The notes under the pieces: generated by a model
The model's database searches: none
What the model was told of the DNA's origin: nothing
Seen by the model: only the letters and a program-made list of their open reading frames with translations
Assembly: GCF_963921235.1 (NCBI RefSeq)
Contig: NC_086097.1
Location: forward strand, 208,012,001-208,076,000
DNA: 64,000 bases
Source of the DNA: Mobula hypostoma
Taxonomy: Eukaryota
Direction: 5' to 3'
In this document: positions 51,104 to 64,000 of the stretch, one piece after another
How the letters are laid out: every line of letters starts with the position of its first letter
How positions within the stretch are numbered: the stretch's first letter is position 1
Translations under genes and position numbers: made by a program

Positions 51104-52509
51104 CCTGCCCTCAAGTTTACCTGGTCTTTCACCCTGCCCTCAAGTTTACCTGATCCATTTCCGACACCTCCCTCCCCTTTCTAGATCTTTCTGTCTCTGT
51201 CTCTGGAGACAGCTTATCCACTGATGTCTACTATAAGCCTACTGACTCTCACAGCTATCTGGACTATTCCTCTTCTCACCCTGTCTCTTGCAAAAACGCC
51301 ATCCCCTTCTCCCAATTCCTCCGTCTCCGCCGCATCTGCTCTCAGGATGAGGCTTTTCATTCTAGGACGAGGGAGATGTCTTCCTTTTTTTAAGAAAGGG
51401 GCTTCCCTTCCTCCACTATCAACTCTGCTCTTAAACGCATCTCCCCCATTTCACGTACATCTGCTCTCACTCCATCCTCCCACCACCCCACTAGGAATAG
51501 GGTTCCCCTGGTCCTCACCTACCACCCCACCAGCCTCCGGGCCCAACATATTATTCTCCATAACTTCCGCCACCTCCAATGGGATCCCACCACTAAGCAC
51601 ATCTTTCCCTCCCCCCCCCCTCTGCATTCCACAGGGATCGCTCCCTACACAACTCCCTTGTCCATTCGTCCCCCCCATCCCTCCCCACTGATCTCCCTCC
51701 TGGCACTTATCCGTATAAGCGGAACAAGTGCTACACATGCCCTTACACTTCCTCCCTTACCACCATTCAGGGCCCCAAACAGTCCTTCCAGGTGAGGCAA
51801 CACTTCACCTGTGAGTCGACTGGGGTGATATACTGCATCCGGTGCTCCCGATGTGGCCTTTTATATATTGGCGAGACCCGACGCAGACTGGGAGACCGCT
51901 TTGCTGAACATCTACGCTCTGTCCGCCAGAGAAAGCAGGATCTCCCAGTGGCCACACATTTTAATTCCACATCCCATTCCCATTCTGACATGTCTATCCA
52001 TGGCCTCCTCTACTGTAAAGATGAAGCCACACTCAGGTTGGAGGAACAACACCTTATATTCCGTCTGGTTAGCCTCCAACCTGATGGCATGAACATCGAC
52101 TTCTCTAACTTCCACTAAGGCCCCACCTCCCCCTCGTACCCCATCTGTTACTTATTTTTATACACACATTCTTTCTCTCACTCTCCTTTTTCTCCCTCTG
52201 TCCCTCCGAATATACCTCTTGCCCATCCTCTGGGTCCCCCCCCCTTGTCTTTCTTCCCGGACCTCCTGTCCCATGATCCTCTCATATCCCCTTTTGCCTA
52301 TCACCTGTCCAGCTCTTGGCTCTATCCCTCCCCCTCCTGTCTTCTCCTATCATTTTGGATCTCCCCCTCCCCCTCCAACTTTCAAATCCCTTACTAACTC
52401 TTCCTTCAGTTAGTCCTGATGAAGGGTCTCGGCCTGAAACGTCGACTGCACCTCTTCCTTCAGATGCTGCCTGGCCTGCTGCATTTACCAGCAACTTTGA
52501 TGTGTGTTG
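51104..52509 (+). mobile_element. 5'-truncated copy of the young PLE, 12-bp TSD
   Basis: Near-identical to 36755-38130; TSD CTGAATCCARTT at 51092-51103 and 52510-52521; short tandem duplication at its 5' end; GIY-YIG ORF 51792-52118. Confidence 0.93.
52412..52447 (+). ncRNA. Minimal type I hammerhead motif, canonical core, GUC site
   Basis: AGUC-CUGAUGA-AGGGUCUCGGCCU-GAAA-CG-UC-GACU. Confidence 0.83.
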
Positions 52510-52834
52510 CTGAATCCAGTTTGCTAGTTTCCCTAAATTCCATGCAACCTAATCTTCCAGACCAGCCTGCCCTGTGGGACCTTGTCAAATGCCTTACTAA
52601 AGTCCATATACATAACATCCACCGCCCTCCCTTCATGTATACTCTTAGTAAACTCTGACAAATTGCCAAAAGCTTCATCAGATCTCATATCAGATATACA
52701 AAACCTTGCTGACTATTCTTGATCAGGCTTTGATGGCAGATCAATATACTGGAACTAATTCATTGACCAAAAAGCCCAAAATTTGAGAGCTGCAGAATCA
52801 AATTTTACTGCAAAGGAAGAAACAACAACATCAA

Positions 52835-55486
52835 CTTGATTTTATTAAAGGGCTCGTCTAGGGAAGCTATTTGGGTGGAATTGAGGAATTGGAAAGGTGT
52901 AGTAACACTTATGGGTGTGTATTATAGACCACCAAATGGGGAGCAAGAATTGGAGGAGCAAATTTGTAAGGAGATAGCAGATATTTGGAGTAAGCACAAA
53001 GTTGTGATTGTGGGAGATCTTAATTTTCCACACATAGACTGGGAAGCCCATACTGTAAAAGAGCTGGATGGTTTGGAGTTTGTAAAATGTTTGCAGGATA
53101 GTATTTTGCAGCAGGATATAGAGGTACCAACTAGAGAAGAGGCAGTGGTTAGATCTCCTGTTAGGGAATGAGATAGCTCAGGTGACAGAGGTTTGTGTTG
53201 GGGAGCACTTCGGGTCCAGTGATCACAATGCTATTAGTTTCAATATAATTATGGAGAAGGATAGGTCTGGACCCAGAGTTGAGATTTTTGATTCGAGAAA
53301 GGCTAACTTTGAGGCAATGCGAAAGGATTTAGAAGGAGTGGATTGGGACAGTTTGTTTTATGGGAAGAATGTAATAGAGAAATGGAGGTCATTTAAAAGT
53401 GAAATTTTGAGGGTACAGAATCTTTATGTTCCTGTTAGGTTGAAAGGAAAGGTTAAAAGTTTGAGAGAGCCATGGTTTTCAAGGGATATTGGAAACTTGG
53501 TTTGAAAAAAAGAGAGATATCTACAATAAATATAGGCAGCATGGTGTAAATGAGGTGCTCGAGGAATATAAAGAATGTAAAAAGAATCTTAAGAAAGAAA
53601 TTAGAAAAGCTAAAAGATGACATGAGGTTGTTTTGGCAAGTAAGGTGAAAATGAATCCCAAGGGTTTCTACTGTTATATTAATAGCAAAAGGATAGTGAG
53701 GGATAAAATTGGTCCCTTAGAGAATCAGAGTGGACAGATATGTGTGGAGCCAAAAGAGAAGGGGGAGATTCTGAACAATTTCTTTTCTTCAGTATTCACT
53801 AAGGAGAAGGATATTGAATTGTGTAAGATAAGGGAAACAGGAAGGGAAGCTATGGAAACTATGATGATTAAAGAAGAGGAAGTACTGGTGCTTTTAAGGA
53901 ATCTAAAAGAGGAAAAGTCTCTGGGTCCTGACAGGATATTCCCTAGTACCTTGCAGGAAGTTAGTGTGGAAATAGCAGGGGCTCTGACAGAAATATTTCA
54001 AATGTCATTAGAAACGGGAATGGTGCCGGAGGATTGGCGTATTGCTAATGTTGTTCCATTGCTTAAAAAGGGTTCTAAGAGTTATCCTGGCAATTATCGG
54101 CCTGTGAGTTTGATGTCAGTGGTGGGTAAATTGATGGAAAGTATTCTTAGAGATAGTATATATAACTATCTGGATAGACAGGGTCTGATTAGGAACAGTC
54201 AACATGGATTTGTGCATGGAAGGTCATGTTTGACAAATCTTTTTGAATTTTTTGAAGAGGTTACTAGGAAAGTTGACGAGGGTAAAGCAGTGGATGTTGT
54301 CTATATGGACTTCAGAAAGGCTTTTGACAAGGTTTCACACTGAAGGTTAGTTAGGAAGGTTCAATTGTAATGTAATAATATTGAAGTAGTAAAATGGATT
54401 CAGCAGTGAATGGATGGGAGACGCCAAAGAGTAGTGGTGGATAACTGTTTGTCAGATTAGAGGCCAGTGATTAGTGGTGTGCCTCAGGGATCTGTACTGG
54501 GCCCAACGTTGTTTGTCATATATATTAATGATCTGGATGATGGAGTGGTAAATTGGATTAGCAAGTATGCAGATGACACTAAGATAGGTGGCGTTGTGGA
54601 TAATGAAGTAGGTTTTCAAAGCTTGCATAGAGATTTAGGACAGTTAGAAGAGTGGCCTGAAAGATGGCAGATGGAGTTTAATGCTGATAAGTGTGAGGTG
54701 CTACATTTTGGTAGGAGTAATCAAAATAGGACATACATGGTAAATTGTAGGGCAATGAAGAAAGCAGTAGAACAGATGGATCTAGGAATAATGGTGCATA
54801 GTTCCCTGAAGGTGGAATCTCATGTGGATAGGGTGGTGAAGAAAGCTTTTGGTATGCTGGCCTTTATAAATCAGAGCATTGAATATAGGAGTTGGGATGT
54901 AATGTTGAAATTGTACAGGACATTTGTGAGGCCAAATTTGGAGTATTGTGTACAGTTTTGGTCACCAAATTATAGGAAAGATGTCAACAAAATAGGGAAA
55001 GTACAGAGAAGATTTACTAGAATGTTGCCTGGGTTTCATCACCTAAGTTACGGAGAAAGGTTGAACAAATTGGGTCTTTATTCTTTGGAACATAGAAGGT
55101 TGAGGGGTGACTTGATAAAGGTATTTAAAATTATGAGGGGGATAGAGTTGATGTGGATAGTCTTTTTCCATTGAGAGTGGGGGAGATTCAAACAAGAGGA
55201 CATGAGTGGAGAGTTAACGGGCAAAAGTTTAGGGGTAACATGAGGGGGAACTTCTTTACTCAGAGAGTGGTGGCTGTGTGGAACGAGCTTCCAGCAGAAG
55301 TGGTTGAGGCAGGTTCGATGTTGTTGTTTAAAGTTAAATTGGACAGCTATATGGACAGGAAAGAAATGGAGGGTTAGGGGCTGAGTGCAGGTCAGTGGGA
55401 CTAGGTGAGAGTAAGAGTTCGGCATGGACTAGAAAGGCCGAGATGGCCTGTTTCCATGCTGTAATTGTTATATGGTTATATGGTTA
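52835..55486 (+). mobile_element. CR1 LINE ORF2, same subfamily as 1-2520
   Basis: GVYYRPPN, GDLNFP, SDHN and KYADDTK; ORFs spanning 52836-55377; (ATATGGTT)n tail. Confidence 0.95.
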
Positions 55487-57704
55487 CGAAAGGTTTGAAA
55501 AGTTGTATCATAACAAGTACATTCATACTTTTTTGTGAATTGATGTGTGTTAAATTGACTCACCACATTTGCAGAATTATAGAGATGAGCATGTCAGTGT
55601 TATATCAAGTTGCCACAAACTTGTTTTAAATATCAGATCTTTAATTGCTAATAAACTAAACAGAAAGAGATATACCAGGAAACAAATCTATTAACTAAAC
55701 TCAGTTTGCACAATCAGAGAATATATAAACATTTTTCCAATTAATCTTTTAATATTAAAAGCTTAAAATAAAATCACAATATGTACAGTCATAGAATCAT
55801 TGAACACTACAGCACAGAAACAGGCCTTTGGCCCATCTATTCCATGCTGACCTATTAATCTGCCTAGTCCCATTGACATGCATCTGCACCATAGCCCTCC
55901 ATACCTCTCCATCCATGTACCTATCCAAATATCTCTTAATTGTTGAAATTGAACCCACATAAGACCATAATATATAGGAGCAGAAGTAGGCCATTCAGCC
56001 CATTGAGTCTGCTCCACCATTCAATTGTGGCTGATCCAATTCTTCCAGTCATCCCCCTCCCCTGTCTTCTCCCCATACCCTTTGATGCCATGGCTAATAT
56101 AGAACCTATCTATCTCTACCTTAAATGCACCCAATGACTTGGCCTCCACAGCCGCACATGGCAACAAATTTCACAGATTTACACCTGTTGACTAAAGTAA
56201 TTTCTCCGCATCTCTGTCCCAAATAGACATCCTTCAATCCTGAAGTCATGCCCTCTTGTCCTAAACTCCCCTGCCATGGGAAATAACTTCGCCATATCTA
56301 ATCTGTTCAGACATTTTAACATTTGGAATGTTTCTATGAGATCCTCCCTCATTCTCCTGAACTCCAGGGAATACAGCCCAAGAGCTGCCAGACGTTCCTC
56401 ATATGGTAACCCTTTCATTCCTGGAATCATTCTCTTGATTCTTCTCTGAACCCTCTCCAATGTCAGTATATCCTTCCTAAAATAAAGAGCCCAAAATGCA
56501 CACAATACTCCGTGTGATCTCACAAGTGCCTTATAGAGCCTCAACATCACATCTCTGCTCTTATACTCTAGAAATGAATGCCATTCACTTTCTTCAACTC
56601 CGACTCAACCTGGAGGTTAACTTTTAGGGAATCCTGCACAAGGACTCCCAAGTCCCTTTGCATCTCTGCATTTCAAATTTTCTTCCCATCTAAATAGTAG
56701 TCTGCCAATTTATTTCTTCCACCAAAGTGCATGACCATACACTTTCCAACATTGTATTTCATTTGCCACTTCTTTGCCCATTCCCCTAAACTATCTAAGT
56801 CTCTCTGCAGGCTCCCTGTTTTCTCAACACTATCTGCTCCTGCAACTATCTTTGTATCATCAGCAAATTTAGCCACAAATCCATTAATCCCATAGTCCAA
56901 ATCATTTACATACATTGTAAAAAGCAGCGGTCCCAACACCGACCCCTGTGGAACTCCACTGGTAACCGGCAGCCAGCCAGAATAGGATCCCTTAATTCCC
57001 ACTCTCTGCTTTCTGCCGACCAGCCAATGCTCCACCCACGCTGGTAACTCTCCTGTAATTCTATGGGATCTTATCTTGCTAAGCATCCTCACGTGCTGCA
57101 CCTTGTCAAAGGCCTTCTGAAAGTCAAAGTGCACCACATCCACTGCATCTCCTTGTCTACCCTGCCTGTAATTTCCTCAAAGAATTGCAGTAGGTTAGTC
57201 AGGCAGGATTTTCCTTTCAGGGAACCATGCTGGCTTTGGCCTATCTTGTCATATGCCATCAGGTACTTGGTAATCTCATCCTAAACAATAGATTCCAACA
57301 ACTTCCCAACCACTGATGTCAGGCTAACAGGTCTATAGTTTCCTTTCTGCTGCCTCCCACCCTTTTTAAACAGCGTAGTAATACTTGCAATTTTCCAGTC
57401 ATCCGGTACAATACCAGAACCTATCGATTCTTGAAAGACCATTGTTAATGTCTCTGCAATCTCTCCAGCTACTTCCTTCAGAACCTGAGGGTGCATTCCA
57501 TCAGGTGCAGGAGATTTATCCACCCTCAGACCATTAAGCTTCCTGAGCACCTTCTCAGTCGTAATTTTCAGTGCACAAACTTCACGTCCCTGACAGTCTT
57601 GAATGTCTGGTATACTACAGATGTCTTCCACGCATTCAGTTCCTCTGCCATCTCTGCGTCTCTCATTACAATATCTCCAGCATCATTTTCTATTGGTCCT
57701 ATAT

Positions 57705-60700
57705 TCTAGTGACAGTGAGTATAGGAATAGAATGAGATGGAGGATAAATGCATAGCTGAGGGATTGGAGCAGGGGGAAGGGGTTCAGATTTCTGGATCAT
57801 TGGGACCTCTTCTGGGGCAGGTGTGATCTGTACAAAAAGGACGGCTTGCACTTGAATCTGAGGGAGACCAATATCCTGGCAGGAAGATTTGTTAAGGCTG
57901 TTGGGGAGAATTTAACCCAGAACTGCTGGGGGGGTGGGAACCAAACTAACATAACGGAGGAAAGGGTAGTTGGCTCACAAATCGGGAAAGCATGGAGACA
58001 GTGTGAAAGGGTGGATAGGCAGGTGACAGACGATGGATGTGCTCAGTCCGATGGTTTGAGATGTGTCTATTTTAATGCGAGGAGTATCATGAATAAAGCG
58101 GATGAGCTTAGAATGTGGATCAGTACTTGGAGTTATGATGTCGTGGCCATTACAGAGACTTGGTTGGTGCAGGAGCAGGAATGGCTACTTCAAGTGCAGG
58201 CTTTAGATGTTTCAGAAAGGATAGGGAGGGAGGCAAAAGAGGTGGGGGCATGGCACTGTTGATCAGAGATAATGTAGTGGCTGCAGAAAGAGAGGAAGTC
58301 ATGGAGGGGTTGTCTACGGACTCCGTGGATGGAAGTTAGGAACAGGAAGGGGTCAATAACTCTACTGGGTGTTTTTTTATAGACCACCCAATAGTAACAG
58401 GGATATCGAGGAGTAGATAGGGAGACAGAGTCTGGAAAGGAGTAATAATAACAGGGTTGTTGTTGTGGGGGATTTTAATTTCCCAGATATTGATTGGCAT
58501 CTCCCTAGAGTGAGGGGTTTAGATGGGGCAGAGTTTGTTTTGTGTGTTCGGGAAAGTTTCCTGACACAATATGTAGATAAGCCTACAAGAGGAGAGGCTA
58601 TACTTGATCTGGTAGTGGGAAATGAACCTGGTCACGTGTTGTGTCTCTCAGTGGGAGAGCATTTTGGAGATAGTGATCACAATTCTATCTCCTTTACCAT
58701 AGCATTGGAGAGGGATAGGAACAGAAAAGTTAGGGAAACGTTTAATTGGAGTAAGGGAAAATATCAGGCTATCAGGCAGGAACTTGGAAGCACAGATAGG
58801 AAACAGATGTTCTCAGGAAAACGAACAGAAGAAATATGGCAAATGTTCAGAGTATATTTGCGTGGGGTTCTGATTAGGTACGTTCCAATGAGACATGGAA
58901 AGGATGGTAGGGTACAAGATCCGTGGTGTACAAATCTAGTCAAGAAGAAAAGAAGAGCTTATGAAAGGTTCAAAAAACTAGGTAATGATAGGAATCTAGA
59001 AGATTATAAAGCTTGCAGAAAGGAGCTTAAGAATGAAATTAGGAGAGCCAGAAGGGGCCATGAGAAGGCATTGGTGGACAGGATTAAGGAAAATCCCAAG
59101 GCATTCTACAAGTATGTGAAGAGCAAGAGGTTAGGATGTGAGAGAATAGGACCAATCAAGTGTGACAGTGGAAAAGTGTGTATGAAAGCAGAGGAAATAG
59201 CAGAGGTACTTAATGAATACGTTGCTTCAGTATTCACTGCAGAAAGGGACCTTGACGATTTTAGGGATAACTCGCAGTGGACTGAAAAGCTTGAGAATGT
59301 AGATATTAAGAAAAAGGATGTGCTGGAGCTTTTGGAAAGAATCAAGTTGGATAAGTCACCAGGACCGGATGGAATATACCCCAGGCTACTGTGGGAAGTG
59401 AGGGAAGAGATTGCTGAGACTCTGGCAATGATATTTGCGTCATCAATGAGGACGAGAGAGGTTCCGGAGGATTGGAGGTCTGCGGATGTGGTTCCCTTAT
59501 TCAAGAAAGGAAGTAGGAATAGTCCAGGAAATTATAGGCCAGTGAGTCTTACTTCAATGGTTGGTAAGTTGATGGAGAAGATCCTGAGAGGAAGGATTTA
59601 CGAACATTTGGAGAGGCATAATCTGATTAGGAACAGTCAGCATGGCTTTGTCAAAGTCAGATCGTGCCTTGCGAGCCTGATTGAATTTGTTGAGGATGTT
59701 ACTAAACACATTGATGAAGGTAGAGCCGTAGATGTAGTGCATATGGATTTTAGCAAGGCATTTGATAAGGTACCCCATGCAAGGTTTATTGAGAAAGTAA
59801 GGAGGCATGGGATCCAAGGGGACATTGCTTTGTGGATCCAGAACTGGCTTGCCACAGAAGGCAAAGAGTGGTTGTAGACCGGTCATATTCTGCATGGAGG
59901 CCAGTGACCAGTGGTGTGCCTCAGGGGTCTGTTCTGGGAATCCTACTGTTTGTGAATTTTATAAATGACCTGGATGAGGAAGTGGAGGGATGGGTTAGTA
60001 AATCGGCTGACGACACAAAGGTTGGGGGTGTTGTGGATAGTGTGGAGGGCTGTCAGAGGTTACAGCGGGACATTGATAGGATGCAAAACTGGGCTGAGAA
60101 GTGCAGATGGAGTTCAACCGAGATAAGTGTGAGGTGGTTCATTTTGGTAGGTCAGATATGATGGCAGAATATAGCATTAAAGTTAAGACTCTTGGCAGTG
60201 TGGAGGATCAGAGGGATCATGGAGTCCGAGTCCAGAGGACACTCAAAGCTGCTACGCAGGTTGACTGTGTGGTTAAGGCCGCATATGGTGCATTGGCCTT
60301 CATCAATCGTGGGATTGAGTTTAAGAGCCAAGAGGTAATGTTGCAGTTATATAAGACCCTGGTCAGACCCCATTTGGAGTACTGTGCTCAATTCTGGTCG
60401 TCTCACTACAGGAAGGACGTGGAAACCATAGAAAGGGTGCAGCGGAGATTTACAAGGATGTTGCCTGGATTAGGGAGCATGCCTTATGAGAATAGGTTGA
60501 GTGAACTTGGCCTTTTCTCCTTGGAATGACGGAGGATGAGAGGTGACCTGATAGAGGTGTACAAGATAATGAGAGGCATTGATTGTGTGGATAGCCAGAG
60601 GCTTTTCCCCAGGGCTGAAATGGCTAGCACGAGAGAGCATAGTTTTAAGGTGCTTGGAAGTAGGTACAAAGGAGATGTCGGGGGTAAGGTTTTTACATTG

Positions 60701-60917
60701 AGAGTGATGAGTTCATGGAGTGGGCTGCCGGTGGCAGTGGTGGAGGCGGAAATGATAGGGTCTTTTAAAGAGATTCCTGGATGGATACATGGAGCTTAGA
60801 AAAATAGAGGGCTATGGGTAAAGCCTAGGTAGTTCTAAGGTAGGGACATGTCCGGCACAGCTTTGTGGGCCGAAGGGCCTGCATTGTGCTGTATGTTTTC
60901 TATGTTTCTTTCTATGT
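57705..60917 (+). mobile_element. CR1 LINE (end of ORF1 esterase + ORF2) nested antisense in the preceding CR1
   Basis: DGLHLN, YFNARSI, ITETWL, GDFNFP and the 470-aa ORF 58465-59877; short flanking duplication TCCTATAT at 57697 and 60918. Confidence 0.93.
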
Positions 60918-61128
60918 TCCTATATCTACCCTCAACTCTCTTTTACCCTTTATATACTTTAAAAAGTTTTCAGTATCTTCTTTGATATCAATCACCAGCT
61001 TCCTTTCATAATTCATCTTTTCCTTCCTAATGACTTTCTTTGTTTTCTTCTGCAAGTTTTTAAAAGCTTTCCAATCCTCTATCTTCCCACTAATTTTGGC
61101 TTCCTTGTATGCCTGCTCTTTTGCTTTT

Positions 61129-61564
61129 CTTTCTTTTCAAATCTTTTTATTGTTATATTATACAAAAGAAATAACACAAGTACATTGAAGTAACAACACT
61201 TACAATGTCTCAAAACAGACATTACCTTAAAGATTGAAAAAAAGATTTGTGATAACAAAAAAAACCTACTAAGCAGAAAAAGTGAGGAGAAAAAACCTAC
61301 TAAGTAGTAAAAATTAGGTGTACAACCTGAGCCATGCGTCATATAAAAAGCTTCTAAAACTAAACATCAAACCGCCAGCAAGAAAAGAAATACCAAAAAA
61401 TTTACAATTAGATCGTGGAAAAAAATCTATCAATTAGCTCAAATGATAATAACGAACAAATGAGCCCCATCTCTTCTCAAAATCAAGGTTCAACGGTTTG
61501 ACTTCTAATTTCCTCCAAACTAAGACATAACATCACTTGAGAGAACAATTGTGACAAAGTACTG
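61129..61564 (-). mobile_element. L1-clade LINE 3' end, 18-bp TSD
   Basis: Minus-strand peptide FSQVMLCLSLEEIRS...DFEKRWGSFVRYY*; AATAAA and A-rich tail; TSD GCCTGCTSTTTTGCTTTT at 61111-61128 and 61565-61582 at a T/AAAA site. Confidence 0.85.
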
Positions 61565-64000
61565 GCCTGCTGTTTTGCTTTTATTTTGGCTCTGACTTCA
61601 CTTGTCAGCCACAGTAGAGTCCTTCTTCCATTCAAAATCTGTCTTGATCTTCCCTCATTTTTCGCAGAAACTCTAGCCATTGCTGCTCTGCTGTCCTTCC
61701 TGAAAATGTCCCTTTCCAGTCAACCTTGGCCAGCTCCCCTCTCATGCCATTGTAATTTCCTTTACTCCACTGAAATACCGACATACTGGAATTTAGTTTC
61801 TCCTTCTGAATTTTCAAAGTGAACTCAGTCATATTGTGATCACTGTTCCCTAAGGGTTCCTTAACCTTAAGCTCTCTTATCACCTCCTGATCATTGCACA
61901 ACACCCAATCCAGCACAGCAACAGATCCCTGCTGAGCTCAACAACAGCAGTTCTAAAAAAGCCATCCTTTAGACATTCTACAAATTCTCCCTCTTGAGGT
62001 CCGGTACTGGACTAGTTTTCCCAATCCACTTTCATGTTAAAATCCCCAACGATCATCATGAAATTTCCCTTCTGACATGCCTTTTCTATCTCCTGCTGTA
62101 ATTTGTCATCCACATCCTGGTTGCTGTTTGGAAGCCTGTATATAACTGCTGTTAGGGTCCTTTTACCCTTGCCATTTCTTAACTTAACCCATAGAGACTC
62201 TACATCTTCTGATCCTATGTCATCCCTTTCTAATGATTTAATATTATTTCCTTATACACAGGGCCACACCACCCCCTCTGCCTACTAACCTATCTTTCCG
62301 ATACACCGTATATCCTTGGACATTCAGCTCCTAATTGCAGCCATTCTTTAGCCAAGTTTCAGAGATGGCCACAACGTCATAGTTGCCAATCTGTAGCTGA
62401 ATTTCCAGATCATCCATTTTATTTCTTATGCTGTGTGCATTCAAATATAACACTTTTAGTCCAGTATTTGTTGCTTTCTGTTATAACTGCACCTTGCCCC
62501 TATTGCCCTTTAACTCATCCCACTGGCAGTGATTATGCCTCATCTCCTGCCTGTCCTTTCTATCATCTCTGTTGCATGCTATCTTTGGTTTATTTCTGTT
62601 TTCCCCTTCCTCAGCCCTATCACTCCGGTTCCCATCCCCCTGCCAGATTAGTTTAAACCCTGACGAACAGCTCTATTAAACCTGCCTGCTAGAATATTGG
62701 ACCCCTTTGGGTTCAGGTGTAATCGCTCCTTTTTGTACAGGTCATACCTCCCTATACCAGTCTCTCAGCCACGCATTAGTATGCCTGATCATGCTATTCT
62801 TGAGCTCATTAGCATGTGGCACAGGCAGCAATCTTGAGATTAATGCCCTGGCAGTCCTGCTTTTCAGTTTCCTACCTAGACCTCCTCCTTTTTTCTACCT
62901 ATGTCATTGGTACCAACGTGTACCTAGACTTCTGGCTATTCACCCTCTCCCTTCAGAATACTCCCTTCAGACATCCAGTACCCTGGCACCTGGGAGGCAA
63001 CACTCTATCAGGCTGACAGAACTTTCTCTCTGTTCCCCTCACTGTGGAATCCCCTATGACTACACATTCCTCATCTTCTCTCCCTCCTGTACCAAGGATC
63101 CAGGCTCACTGCCACAGACCCGATCGCTGTGGTCATCCTCTGTCAGGTCACTCCACTCAACAGCATCCAACACAAGATAACAATTACTGAGGGAGAGGCC
63201 CACAGGGGTGCTCTCCACTATCTAAGCTCTTCCCTTCCTTTCCCTGACAGTTACCCTTTTATCTAACTCCTGCAGCCTTGGGGTGACTAACACCTATCTA
63301 TCTCCTGCTCACTTTCCCTAATAAGCTGTAGGTCATCAAGCCACAGCTCCAGATCCCTAACACAGTCTCTCAGGAGCTGCATCTTGGTGCACCTGGCACA
63401 GGTGTGGCCATCTGGAAGACTGGAACAATTCCAGGATTCGCACATCTGACACCCAGAGCAAAGTACTAATCCTACAGACATGCACCGTGTTCCTCAAAAA
63501 AAATGCAAGGAAAAAAAACAAAGTCTACTTACCCACTTACCTTGCCAAAGCCTGAATGAGCCAAAGCCCTACCACTCTGCCTCAGACCACTCCGTCGATG
63601 ACCACTCTGCTAGCCAGTGTCTCCCTTTTTTGCCTGAACCTTCACTGCTCTCTAGCTCACAATGGGAGCTCCTGCTATAGCCGAGTTACATCCACCAGGT
63701 TGGCCTTTGTTTGTATGTATGTATATATACATATAGTTAACATTTTCATTTTGAACTTTAATGGCATGCTTTTGTGGAAAGATAAGTCCTTAATTTTGGC
63801 CAAGTGTTCTGATTCAATAGCCTGTGATTTGCACTTTTTCAATTGGCTCTGTAGTTGTCATGGTTACGATTTCAGGGAATGATTGGCTAAGTTAAAATAT
63901 GCAGCAAACTGGTGGCGATGACATTGTTAAGGCAACACTTATTGTTTAGTAAAATAGTTCCCTGTTTGTCAGATGCTTTGTACAACCATATCTGCGACTC

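Larger units (their letters stand above)
50431..52730 (-). mobile_element. CR1 fragments (3' end at 50431-50900; older RT piece split by the PLE at 51104-52509)
   Basis: Reversed CR1 tail ACCATAAGATATAGGAGCAG; reverse-strand GLPQGSVLG and MDFSKAFDKVP remnants. Confidence 0.8.
55960..63690 (-). mobile_element. Near full-length CR1 (ORF1 zinc-finger/leucine-zipper + ORF2), interrupted by a plus-strand CR1 and an L1
   Basis: RT ORFs 56179-57631; EN remnant 61632-61916 (LGNSDHN); ORF1 N-terminus 63287-63481 (CSGCQM..HTCARC..LLRDCVRDLE). Confidence 0.88.

Noticed and set aside
1..55486. Segmental duplication between 1-2520 and about 52945-55486
   Set aside because: Similarity stops at the CR1 tail and the downstream flanks differ, so these are independent copies of one subfamily

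Overview
This is eukaryotic DNA, most likely from a cartilaginous fish (batoid ray; inferred from the repeat families). The only recognisable host gene is the 5' end of ATP6V1H on the minus strand. It comprises a CpG-rich promoter with paired MiT/TFE (CLEAR/M-box) motifs near 13.2 kb, a probable non-coding exon 1, and the first coding exon (7212-7315). Most of the rest is nested transposon debris: CR1 and Rex1/Babar LINEs, an L1 3' end, a Tx1-type ORF1 relic, SINEs, a solo LTR, Tc1 and Chapaev3 DNA transposons, and many Penelope-like elements (PLEs). The most interesting system is the PLE family. Its pseudo-LTRs carry minimal type I hammerhead ribozymes, and it has produced short fold-back insertions, three of the four with a visible TSD. 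One of these (10588-10823, in ATP6V1H intron 1) is a 99-bp near-perfect palindrome with an intact-looking hammerhead on each strand. Many repeat boundaries were set by eye and are approximate.
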